The notes beneath the pieces are model-generated. The model did not search any database. It saw only the letters and a list, made by a program, of their open reading frames with translations, and was not told the DNA's origin. The translations under genes were made by a program, and so were the position numbers. 64,000 nucleotides of DNA from Vicugna vicugna (taxonomy: Eukaryota). The stretch spans positions 1,403,601-1,467,600 of the forward strand of contig MU059614.1 of assembly GCA_013265495.1 (NCBI GenBank). Reading direction: 5' to 3'. Below, in pieces: positions 1 to 10,108 of this stretch (its first letter is position 1; each line of letters begins with the position of its first letter).

Positions 1-1784
1 GATCCTTTGACCGCTTCTCCGATAGGCTGTCTTTTTATTCCTGAGTTGCAAGAGTTCTTGGTGTAGTCGGTCGGAGGAGTTTTTATCCTTGGAAACGGTT
101 GGTCTGAGCCGCCCCAGGTTTGTGCGGAGGGATGCCCTGAGTCGGGATGTAGCTTGCAGGCCGGAGGCCCGCCAGGTGGCGCTGTTGAAAAGGAGAAGGC
201 GCTTCCTCTGCCCGGTGCTCTCTAGAGGTTGCAGCTCTGGGGTTCTCAGTCCTTGCAAAGCAGAGGCCAGCCCGAAAACTGAGGCTGGTGGAAGGGTCCC
301 TCACTGGTCCGGGAGGCCTGGGGCAGGAGGAGGAGCGGGGGAGTGAGAGAAAACTGTCGGTTTCTGTGTATGGATTGAGGCAACCTCGCAGGAAAAAGGA
401 CCCAGTGGACCCAGAGGACACTTCAGTCCTCTTCACTTGAGCAGGTTTTCGATGTTCTCTGCTTTCACAGCCTGTTTTCTTCTGGCCAGCTTTTAAAATT
501 CAGTGCTTTTTCACGAACCCATTTCTCTGTATCCACAGAGTCCTTAAAACTGTCACTTAGAAAGCAGCAAGTGTGTTTTTGCCACGGAAACAGATGTTCT
601 GTCAAGGGGGTGCTTGAGCTCAGAGCAGACTTGAGTTCTGGGGGACTGCTCCGCGCTCACGAGGGTCCTGGTGGTCTCGTGACGTGTCTTCTGTGACCCA
701 GGACCTTTGAGGGTCCAGGCAAAACCCGTCTGTCCTGATATTTTTGGAAACACTGAATGAACTTTCCAGGTCCTGTTCTGGTTGCCTTCGTGAGCCCCTG
801 GCCCGGCTCCCTCTGCCCCTTGCTGGGGCCCCTGGGCCGCTCTGATATCCTCTGCGGGAGCTGCCTTTCCAGCTCTCTGGAACCCTGCTGCCCTGAGGCC
901 GGCAGCCCCCTGTAAGCGGTTCCTTCTGCTGGAAGGGGCACACGCTCCCTTCTGAAGCCGCAGGTACAGTTCAGCCCCACCTGCAGGGCTCAGGTGACCC
1001 GGTGCCTGGAGGCCTTCCTTTGGCCCAGGCGAGAGGGGGCTGCCCTGGGGCGTGTCTAAAGCAGTCCTTGCACTTTGGCCATCCTGGTCACTTTATCGTG
1101 TGCTGGTCCGTCGTCCCCCCAGGCAGCAGGTGTCTCGAGGGCAGGCGCAGCTTTGAGGAGATCAGCACCATCAGGTTTGTGCCAGGACAGAAGAGCGCCA
1201 TCGAACAGCAGAGCCTAAAAACCACCTGCACGCGGGCCTGCTTGGCCGCCCTTCTGTCCTCAGGTGCGGAGGTGGGCCTGGCCGGGCGGCGGCGCAGGGC
1301 TGAGGGCAGGGAGGCTTCTCTGGGGGGAACCGCGCCGCCCTGGCGGCTTTGGGAGGTCCTGCCTGTGCTGCCCAAGGCCCCACCTCCCAGGGCCGTGTCG
1401 CGCCGGGTGCTGGAAGGCTCTCCGCTGGCACTGCTGCCGCAGGGGCGGCTCCTTCCCACGGTGTGAGTCAGAGCTTCAGATCCCCTCCCACTTCCTGCCT
1501 TTCTGGCTCTGGAGGTAACTGCACAGGCTGGCCGCCTCCATCCAGGCCTCCAGACAGACAGGGGCCTCCAGCCGCGTGTCTTACCTGCCACCTGCGTGGA
1601 CCGCGATGGCATGCTGAGGTGGGACACTTAAGGGCAGCAGGGCCGGGTAAGCCTCCTATTTTGGTGTCGGATGTTTGAGAAAATCACCATTATGGTCTCA
1701 CACAGAGGTGGTAAATTCTGCTGTGGTTGTAACTGCGTCGTCTCAGTGGTCAGATCAGATCCCCTTTAAAAATAAATTTTGGCT

Positions 1785-1875
1785 CCACGAAGATGGGGAT
1801 TTTTGTCTGCTTTGTTCACTGTTTTGCCCCAAGTACCTGGGCCAGCACTTGCCACATAGTAGGCACACGAGTTTT
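1785..1875 (+). mobile_element. L2 3' end fragment
   Basis: TTTTGTCTGCTTTGTTCACTG..CCCAAGTACCT..CACATAGTAGGCAC. Confidence 0.6.
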
Positions 1876-3048
1876 TTTGTGGGAAAATAGTTTGAGCCTT
1901 AGTTTAGTACGTGCAATCGTGGAGATGTAATTGTGGCCTCTTTGTGCGAGTGTTAATGATAGCAGATGAGGTACATGAAGAACCTGAGGTTGGAAAACAC
2001 AAGAATACATGTTTGGAGTAAGACCAGATACCCTGTCTCCATGACACCACTGTCCCTGCCCCCCCCCCACGCAAACTAAGTTCCCCTGATTTTCGTAGTC
2101 TAGTTGAATTAATAAACTTTTAAGTTTGATCTTTTGTATGTGTGTTAAAAGAAACCAAAAAGCATTAAAAACCATTAAAAACTTCCTTCGTCGTGTGCTG
2201 CGTCGTTACTTCCAATAAGTGACTTTCGTCAGGGATGCTGAAGGTGTTTAGTGCCCAGTGAATACGGGCAGGGACAGGCGAAGGCAGAAAGGAGGTTCGC
2301 GTTTCTCTTGGGTGGTGGAGGCTGGTTTAGGCTTTGTAGCTTCCTGGATGTGCCCAATTGGAGGAATCTGCACACTTCCGTATGAGGCACGCTTGGTTTT
2401 TAATCCCTCCAGGTAAGAGGGGGAGTGTGGTTAGTGCTCACGTGTGATTGTACTTGTTGTTTTCAGAAGAAAACACAGGACCCCAGTTTCTCCCTTTTTG
2501 AAAGGAAACGTTTGAAGTGTCTGTTGATACGCAGGTGAGCTGGTTAGTCAGGGTAATTAACTGGATGGGGGGGTAGGAGATGCTCTTGGGATCTCTCCTT
2601 ACTGCGTGTGCACCGTCCACGTGGACACACATGGACACACGCACGCACACGCTAGCTTTCCACACGAGCCTTTGAGCTGCCGGATTCCTGCCCGGGGTGG
2701 GTCTCTGGTGCTGTCCCACTCAGACGCTAGACTGGAGCACGCAGCGGGTCGCGGGGGACGTGCTGAGAAGTTGAGGCAGGAAGTGTCAGGTGGTCAGTCT
2801 GCAGCTTCGTGATGCTGTGTGGTCCCTGTTGCTGGGCTTGGGGGCCGGCGGGACCTGTTGCTCTGTCGTCCCTGGACAGTGAATGGTTCCTCCCCTTTAG
2901 TCAGAAGCCATGGAGTGGGACGGACCTTGAACGGCGATGTGGAAATCCGTCAGTCAGCATTAGCAGCAGTGATCCAGGCTGCTCTCGTCACTTCCTGGGC
3001 TGTTGCCGCAGTATTGTAAACTGGCTTTTTGAAAAATCTTTCCAACAG

Positions 3049-3093
3049 AGAGGAAGAGGTTTTATCAGAACGTCAGCATCGCACAGGGTGAAG
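3049..3093 (+). CDS. ATPAF2: ATPAF2 exon 2 (45 nt)
   Basis: tccaacag|AG AGG AAG AGG TTT TAT CAG...GAA G|gtgagt = (E)RKRFYQNVSIAQGE. Confidence 0.95.
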
Positions 3094-6000
3094 GTGAGTG
3101 TCTGAAATTCTGACCATTTCTCTTTCTGTGTTCTTCTGTGAACGGGTGGGAACATTTCTGGTCTCCGCCAGTTCCTCGGTGAGCTTCCCCTTCGCGCATC
3201 TGCCGGCTGTGGTTCTGGAAGCCCACGGTGAAGGGACTCGGCGCCTTGTCTGTACCGGTTCAAGTAATTAAGTATAGCAATGGTCACTCGATTCCACTAA
3301 CAACCCCTGACAGGTTTTCGTCTGATCTTTCAAGGTGGCTTTGAGATCAACCTAGACCACAGGAAGCTGCGAACTCCCGGAGCCAAGATCTTCACTGTCC
3401 CCAGCGAGGCCCTCGCCGTGGCAGTGGCCACCGAGTGGGACTCCCAGCAGGACACCATCAGGCCCTACACCATGCACCTGGTAACAAAGCCAGCACCCTG
3501 CAGAAACCGAGGCCCCTTTCCCAACTCGGATCCGGCCCCCAGGTTGGGGTTCCAGGCACACCGCCCTCTGGCCTGACTCCTCCCAGGCCCCGGACATGTC
3601 TCCCGCTGCCCCACTCTCCTCCTGTGTCCCAGCAGCTCTCACGCGCTCTGTGGTTGTGGTTGTGTTACTGCGGTGGCTGTCTGCCCCCTCCCAGCCCAGA
3701 GCCCGCCCCTGGCCTGGGGTTCGGCGCAGATCTGTGGCCATGGGGGCCGCTCGCCATGGAGCCAGCCCCTGGTCCACACGCAGGCAGCTCACTGAGCGAG
3801 GTGCTCCAAGAGCGGGCAGGGAAGGGGTCACTAAACTGGGGCCCCGGCTCTGCAGCTTCCAAGTGGTAACCTTGGGGAAGTTGCTGCCCCTTCTCAGCCA
3901 GGGCTCCCCACCGTGAAAGGTGGGCAGTGGTCCCCACACAGGCCGGCTCTCCATCAGCTCGGCCGGGACACGCAGACTAGGCGGGCTTCCTCAGCCCCTC
4001 CCCGGCCCGCGCGGCCTCTCCCCAGCCTCTGATGACGTGCGGTCTTTGTCAGAGGAGCTGCAGACAGCAAGGCACAGCTGGGGAACCAGTCTGGCCCCTG
4101 GAGTGGCTGGTTCATCCCCCTGCTCCCTGAGGGATCGGGGAGTCGGCTGCTCAGATGTAAGTTCCAGTGGTGTCTCCACGCTCATTTTCTGAACTTGACC
4201 TCTGTGAGCCTGGGTTCTACATTCTGAATGTTACGATAACAGTACCTCCTGGAAAGGGTTGTTGCAAGGCTGGAGTTAAATGTGCAGAGCCTGGTGGTGG
4301 AGGGCCTGAGACCTCGGGGGTCTCACTGATCCTGGGGCTGGCGAGTCGGTGCCAGGAGGCCCTGTAGCCCTGAGTCTGGCACGGAGCCTGGTGCAGGGGG
4401 ACCGAGCGGTTCCTGCCGCTGGGCCCTGGCTGTGCTGTGCAGCGAGCGTCCTCGGGATGCAGTGCTTCTGCCTGATCAGTGGTGCTGACTGGCCCTCTGC
4501 CTCTGATGTAGACCACGCTGTGCAACACGGCTCTGGACAACCCAACCCAGCGAGACAAGGACCAGCTGATTCGGGCGGCTGTCAAGTTCCTGGACACGGA
4601 CACCATCTGGTAATGGCCATACGGGCGCCTCCCAGGGGCCTGAGTGAGTCCATTGGGCTGTCTGCTCCCTCTGTCCAAGCATTCTCTCCTCCGCACCTAG
4701 CTGCTCTGCAGATCCTGGAAGGGAGGGCTCACGGGCAGCACTGGTGCCAGGGCCCCAGGCCTCCTCTTTCACAGCACGGCCCCTGACAGGTCCAGGCTCC
4801 GGGGTCATGTGCCTTGCCCAGTGGGGCCTCTGACCCTGGACTCCTGTCCCCGCACGTTGTCACACAGACGTCCTGGTCACCACTTGTCAGCTGGATGCAG
4901 GTGGTCCCCTGCTATATTCAGGAGCTGGCCTGCTCCACTTAGGGAGCCCCGCCTCGCACCTGTGTTCTTTAGCTGCTGGGTCAGTGACGTGGCTGAGCAG
5001 TTCCATGTCTGCTGCCCGAATGCTCTAGGTCCTCTCACGGGTGCCCTGACAGCAGCACTGGGGCCAAGGGGGCACAGATGCTCCTGGCAAGTCTGTCCCG
5101 TTTGTGTCAGGGACCACTTGGTTGCCGGGCACAGCCTGTTCAGCCCAGCTCAGGGAAAGGGGGGGGTCTCTTGGAAGCTGTCCTGGATCTCTGACAGTGG
5201 TTAAATTTGAGCGTCTCCCTCTGCCCTGGGGGCCCTCATCCCTGGGCAGCCCGACCCCCAGCACAGTCGTGACCCCTCATCCCACTTCTGCTCGCACCAG
5301 ACGGGCCTTCCCAGTGCCCACTGGGTCCGCATCCCAGGAAGCCTTGCAGCCCAGCTCCCCGTGGCTGACCCCGTCTCGTCTCCTGGTCAGAACGATGGCT
5401 CAGCCTGCCTCGGGGCGTCAGGCACCCGCATCTGTGGTGGGGAGGCAGGTGGGCTCAGGAGGTGCAGGCAGGCAAGGTGGTTCATGGCCGGGCGCGACCT
5501 CTTGCGGGGCGGCCCCAGGGCCATGCCGGCGTTGGGCCTGGTGCCGCATCCTGGCCTGTGCACAGCTGGACAGTGCGTCTCAAACTCAGGCTCCAAAGCC
5601 CCAGGCAGAACTGGTCTCCACCCAGAGGGCAGGTTCCATAAGTCCTGCTGGGCTGAAGGTGGGCCTCCCCACAGGCCCCAGGCCCCCAGGCCAGACCTGA
5701 AGACCCACTGCTTGGTGGGGTGGGGTGCAGCGGCTCTGCACTGCTGCCTCCGCGGGCTTCCCGACTGTCCCTGGGAAGGGATTGTGCTTCTGTGTGAATG
5801 AAGGTGACTTTGCTGCATCAGCTACAGGGTGGAGGAGCCGGAGGCGCTGGCGGAGCTGCAGAGGCGCGAGTGGGACCCGGTGGCAGAGTGGGCCGAGAGG
5901 AGGTAGGACAGCGGGGCGGGCACCGCACCCCAGCCTGGTTCAGTCCGTGTCATTCCAGGGGGTCGGGAAGGGCTCCCAGCATGTGCCGCCTTGACCAGGG

Positions 6001-9000
6001 CCCTCCGTCAGCGTAGGTGGACTGGTTTTCCCCTGTACACACCTCCTGAGCGTCCACGACGTGTCGGTGTCCTCGGGCTTGTAGTGACAGGCAAGCCCTG
6101 CACTGCAGGGTCGGATAAAACCCAAGGACTGGAGGCTGCGACGTCCCCTCGGAGTCCGGTGCGATAAATCGGTAGTTCAGCTGCCTGGAGGTCTTTGCTG
6201 TGGTGCAGAATCGTCAGCTTGGTGGCAGCTGAGATTTCTCGTCTTCATGTTTTACAGAAAGATGAGGCCACTTCCAGCGTTCCGTTTGATCTATTAGAAA
6301 TTTCAGGGAGAATACTCTAAACCGATGGGAAAAACCAGTGATATATGAAAGGAAATTACAAAACCTGCTCTTATTCCATTATGTTTTTCCTGCATTTATG
6401 CAGTTATGATGGTTCTTAAAAATGTATCGCTCTCAAAGCCGGCTCCCGTCCCGGACCAGACAGCGCCTCGTGTGCGGTAGAGCCTTGGTAACACGTGACA
6501 GTGACTAATAGGCACGGGACAGTGCAGACAGTCTTGTAAAGAAAACAGTATCTTAAAGAAACCTTTCATGGCTCAAACGTGGAACACTTTCTTAAAAGGT
6601 TTAAAAAGCAGGTAGCCCTCGGTGTTGCTGAACATTCAGGCAAATAGGTTGGAGTCTCAGGCAGCAGCTACAGGTGACCCTGTTCCTGACTTGCCAGCCT
6701 GCCTTCATCCAGGCCTTTCTTGTCTGGCTTTGCTCTCCGGGGAAAGGAAACTACGAGGTCGGGAGGCCACTGACTACATGGGCAGTTCCCAGAATCCCCG
6801 AGACTGGCCCCTGGGCCACGTGCCCTGCAGGGCACACGTGTGCTCAGCGGGTTGGGGCTTTGCCTCCGGGCAAAAGCTGCTGCCCAGCAGGACTGCACTC
6901 ATGGCCTCTTCTCTCAGGTACAGCGTGGAGATTGGCTCCTCTACCAGCATCCTGGGGCCCAGCATCCCAGCCCGGACTCGGGAGGTGCTGGCCAGCCACC
7001 TGGCCTCTTACAGCATGTGGGCCCTGCAGGGTATGTGGTGCTGCCTGTGGGCCGGGGAGGGCGTGCAGACGGGCAAGGCTGTGCGGGACCCGGGGTGGGG
7101 GGGCAGGGGCTTGTAATGCCAGCCTCTCACCCAGTTTGCGGGCTCCGCGGGCTCACTCCCTCCCGGGAGGACGTGGTGCTCTGCTGGGCCGGGATGGTGG
7201 CCGGCAGGGCGCCCACTCCAGGCAGGGGCGGAGGAGGGACCCCCACGGGGAAGCGGCTCTCTCGCTGGGAACGTGGGGAAGGACTTCTCCCTGGCCCAGG
7301 GCCCCGCACTGCACTGGGGCTCAGGGGCTCGCAGGGACGGGCCTGGCACCCGCCCTGTGTCCGCGTGGGGGGTGCTCTGGGTCTGACTCGGCTTGTGTCC
7401 CTGCAGGGATTGAGTTTGTAGTGACCCAGCTCAAGTCCATAGTGCTGACCTTGGGCCTGCTCGACCGGCACCTGACAGTGGAGCAGGCCGTGCTGCTGTC
7501 GCGCCTGGAGGAGGAGTACCAGGTGCGGGTCGGGCTCCGGGGCCGCCTCTCCCTCCCGCTCAGACTGACGGAAGTGCTTCTGAGAGCCCCGGGCCTGTGT
7601 GGCTTTCATGTTCGTTTGGAAACCAAAGTCAGAGGGCCCAGAGAGGTAGCGTCGAGTAACACTCGTGACGCCCCACTGTGTCCGCCCTCCCTCATGGCCG
7701 CGCCTCCTCTCTCCACCTGGTCATTGTGGCTGCGGCTTCCCCATCTCACACAGGAGGACACCCAGGCTGGCTGCACCCCCAGAAGGTGCTGGAGGCGAGG
7801 TGTGGCAGTTCCAGGTGGTTTGGGTACAACTGCAGGGTGGGGTTGGGGGAGGCTAAAATGGCCCAGAGCCACGTCTGCGCTCTCAGGCTCAGCCTTCACC
7901 CCCGCCGTGCACGCAGCGCGGGTCGCTGGCTGGAGGATCGCACGGCGGCTGCTGTGTGTAGTCAAGTTCTGATTTCCTGGGCTCAGAATTAATCAGGTTT
8001 CGCTACCCTGGCATGTGCGTTTTCACTCAGCGCTGCAGTGTTTGGTGCAGCCCCCTTTTGGTCCTCCTCCAACATGTGACACACTGTCTCCTGCTCTGAT
8101 AAAAGCTTTTCTGTAAGGACAGGGTTTTCCTAGTTCGTGTAGTCATCTGCTCGGAACAATGTCAGGGCAGAAACTGCTTCTCTCTGGACAGCAGAAGTGG
8201 TTGTGTGGGAGGAGGGTGACCTGTGGGGAGCGAGGGGCAGGCGGCCTGGTTCTCCTCTGGGCTCCTCTCTGGGCTGCGGGACCCAAGGCCAGCCTTCATT
8301 CTCTGAACCTCAGCGTCCATCCGCGTGAGCAGGTCTCTGAGAGGGTAAAGTGCTCTTCAGATGACACAGCACAGCTGTCCAGATGTCCTGGGCCACCCAG
8401 AAATGCAGGCAGCTTGTGTGGCATGGATCCGCCTTCCCGGGAGGGCCCTGGCCAGGGAGGAGCCCGCGGGATGGGCTGGAGTCACACTAACAGCCACACT
8501 GATGTCCAGGGTCCTCCATCTGGTTCTGGAAGGAGAGTCTGCAGCCCTGCCTGCCATGCAGACCGAGGGGCCCCTGCAGCGCCGGGCTCCCCAGCAGTCA
8601 GCTGACGTGGCCACGTGGCCCTGGTTGGTTGCTATGTCCCCATACCTGGGGGACACGTGCAGCCCAGCCTGGCCAGGCAGCTCGTGGAGGACGACGTTCT
8701 ACAGGCCGCCTTGCGCCCCCTCCTCGTGGGCACGTCAGGCCTGGGGAGGGAGGTGTACATGCGGTCCGGGTGCTGCTCTGCCCACTGGCGAGTGGTCACC
8801 TGCTGCTGCCCCGCGTGTCCCTGCATTTGGGCGTGGTCGGAGCCTGCTCCCCTCGGCCCTGCTCTGGGGGTGGGGCATGGCTCCACCGTCACTGTCTTGT
8901 CCTCCCCTCAGATCCAGAGGTGGGGCAGCATCGAGTGGGCACACGACTACGAGCGGCAGGAGCTGCGGGCCCGCACAGCCGCCGGCACCCTCTTTGTCCA

Positions 9001-9055
9001 CCTCTGCTCCGAGAGCACGACGGTCAAGCACAAGCTCCTGCAGGCCGGCGGCTGA
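3049..9055 (+). CDS. ATPAF2: ATP synthase mitochondrial F1 complex assembly factor 2 (Atp12 family), 5'-partial; join(3049-3093,3335-3480,4512-4609,5822-5902,6918-7030,7407-7522,8912-9055)
   Basis: Spliced translation ERKRFYQNVSIAQGEGGFEINLDHRKLRTP...ATEWDSQQD...RLEEEYQIQRWGSIEWAHD...KHKLLQAGG* matches ATPAF2. All introns are GT-AG; exon sizes 45/146/98/81/113/116/144 keep frame. Exon 1 is not in the window. Confidence 0.97.
3335..3480 (+). CDS. ATPAF2: ATPAF2 exon 3 (146 nt)
   Basis: tttcaag|GT GGC TTT GAG ATC...CAC CTG|gtaaca = GFEINLDHRKLRTPGAKIFTVPSEALAVAVATEWDSQQDTIRPYTMHL. Confidence 0.95.
4512..4609 (+). CDS. ATPAF2: ATPAF2 exon 4 (98 nt)
   Basis: gatgtag|ACC ACG CTG TGC...ATC TG|gtaatg = TTLCNTALDNPTQRDKDQLIRAAVKFLDTDTI(C). 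Confidence 0.95.
5822..5902 (+). CDS. ATPAF2: ATPAF2 exon 5 (81 nt)
   Basis: gcatcag|C TAC AGG GTG GAG...AGG AG|gtagga = YRVEEPEALAELQRREWDPVAEWAER(R). Confidence 0.95.
6918..7030 (+). CDS. ATPAF2: ATPAF2 exon 6 (113 nt)
   Basis: ctctcag|G TAC AGC GTG...CAG G|gtatgt = YSVEIGSSTSILGPSIPARTREVLASHLASYSMWALQ. Confidence 0.95.
7407..7522 (+). CDS. ATPAF2: ATPAF2 exon 7 (116 nt)
   Basis: cctgcag|GG ATT GAG TTT...TAC CAG|gtgcgg = GIEFVVTQLKSIVLTLGLLDRHLTVEQAVLLSRLEEEYQ. Confidence 0.95.
8912..9055 (+). CDS. ATPAF2: ATPAF2 exon 8, coding part to TGA
   Basis: cccctcag|ATC CAG AGG TGG... = IQRWGSIEWAHDYERQELRARTAAGTLFVHLCSESTTVKHKLLQAGG*. Confidence 0.95.
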   Translation: MQRWGSIEWAHDYERQELRARTAAGTLFVHLCSESTTVKHKLLQAGG

Positions 9056-9148
9056 CCCTGTGGTCCCCGCACCGCGCCACCCCGACACCCTGCGGCCGGG
9101 AGCAGCTCGGGCCGAGCCCGGCACGCGTGTATGAAGGACTCTGATTTT

Positions 9149-9154
9149 ATTAAA
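9149..9154 (+). terminator. Probable ATPAF2 poly(A) signal ATTAAA
   Basis: First canonical hexamer after the stop, 94 nt downstream of TGA. Confidence 0.65.
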
Positions 9155-9934
9155 TGGTTCTCGCAGGTAAACGTGTGGAGCCCAGTTTTTCCTCGTCTCG
9201 CCCCTCCCATTGCATCTGGGCTTCCCAAGGCCACACAGCCGGCCTCTGGGCAGGTCCTGGCGTCCCCGGCGTGGCGGGGCCCTCCTACCGGGGAAATGGT
9301 GGCCCTTGGCCCTGAGGCTTTTTATTTCCTGGTTTTTAATCAGTCTTTTCAAAGTGAGTCATTTTTGGTCCAAGCTGTTTGTATTTTTTTGCTGTTTCAG
9401 GAGAAAAGGATTTACTCTTGAAAACAGAAGATATTTGTTGTTCTGGGTTAAAAGCCTGAGTAAGGCCACCTGATGTGCACTCTTCCTGCTCAGGGAGCCA
9501 CTTACTTGCAGGGCTCCAGGTGGCAGGCAGGCTCTCCTGGTGCCTGGGCCCAGGGTGGAGCGGGAGGGGTCTGTGAGTTTCAGGCGCCCAGGCTCGCAGG
9601 CCCCCCCATCCTTGCCCAGCACCCCCCTCCCCACCCCCCGACTGTGCTCAGAGGAGGTACCATCACGTCCCCACTTCACGGATGATGGATGACGCCTGGC
9701 TGTGCTCTCCAAAGGGTCTCGCATCCCTGCGGCTTCCACCTGGGTGGGCTGACTGGGGACAGGGGCTGAGTGCACGTCATTCTGCCCCCCAGCAGCCAGC
9801 GGCCTCCTGCCCTGGGTGCGGCAGGATGGCTGGGAGCCTGGCCCTGGGACATCGCTCTGAGCTGGCACCAGCTGCCCAAACGTGGACATGAATGCCGGTT
9901 ACTTTTTTAAAGAAGGAGAAAGGTGACCCAGTCC

Positions 9935-9940
9935 TTTATT
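9935..9940 (-). terminator. Probable proximal DRC3 poly(A) signal AATAAA
   Basis: tttatt on + = AATAAA on -, about 55 nt after the DRC3 TAG. Confidence 0.65.
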
Positions 9941-9994
9941 TCTCTGTGCATCTGCACGTCCCCTCTTGTGGGGAAGGCTGGCATGGCCGCAGCA

Positions 9995-10108
9995 CTAGTC
10001 CAGGATGTCACCGCACTCCAGGCTGTCCAGCTCACCCTGCACGTGGTCCACGTACTGGTTAATCTCCTTCACGCGCCTGCGATTCCTTGTCATCTCGTCC
10101 TTGTGAAT
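9995..10108 (-). CDS. DRC3: DRC3 last coding exon to TAG
   Basis: cctcag|ATT CAC AAG... = [37 protein letters not shown]. Confidence 0.95.
   Translation of the reverse strand: MHKDEMTRNRRRVKEINQYVDHVQGELDSLECGDILD

Noticed and set aside
2615-2626. 12-bp palindrome GTCCACGTGGAC
   Set aside because: Isolated, in a CA-rich tract; expected by chance.
6674-7972. 432-aa ORF over ATPAF2 exon 7
   Set aside because: Only the 116-nt exon resembles ATPAF2; the flanks are low-complexity GC-rich intron.
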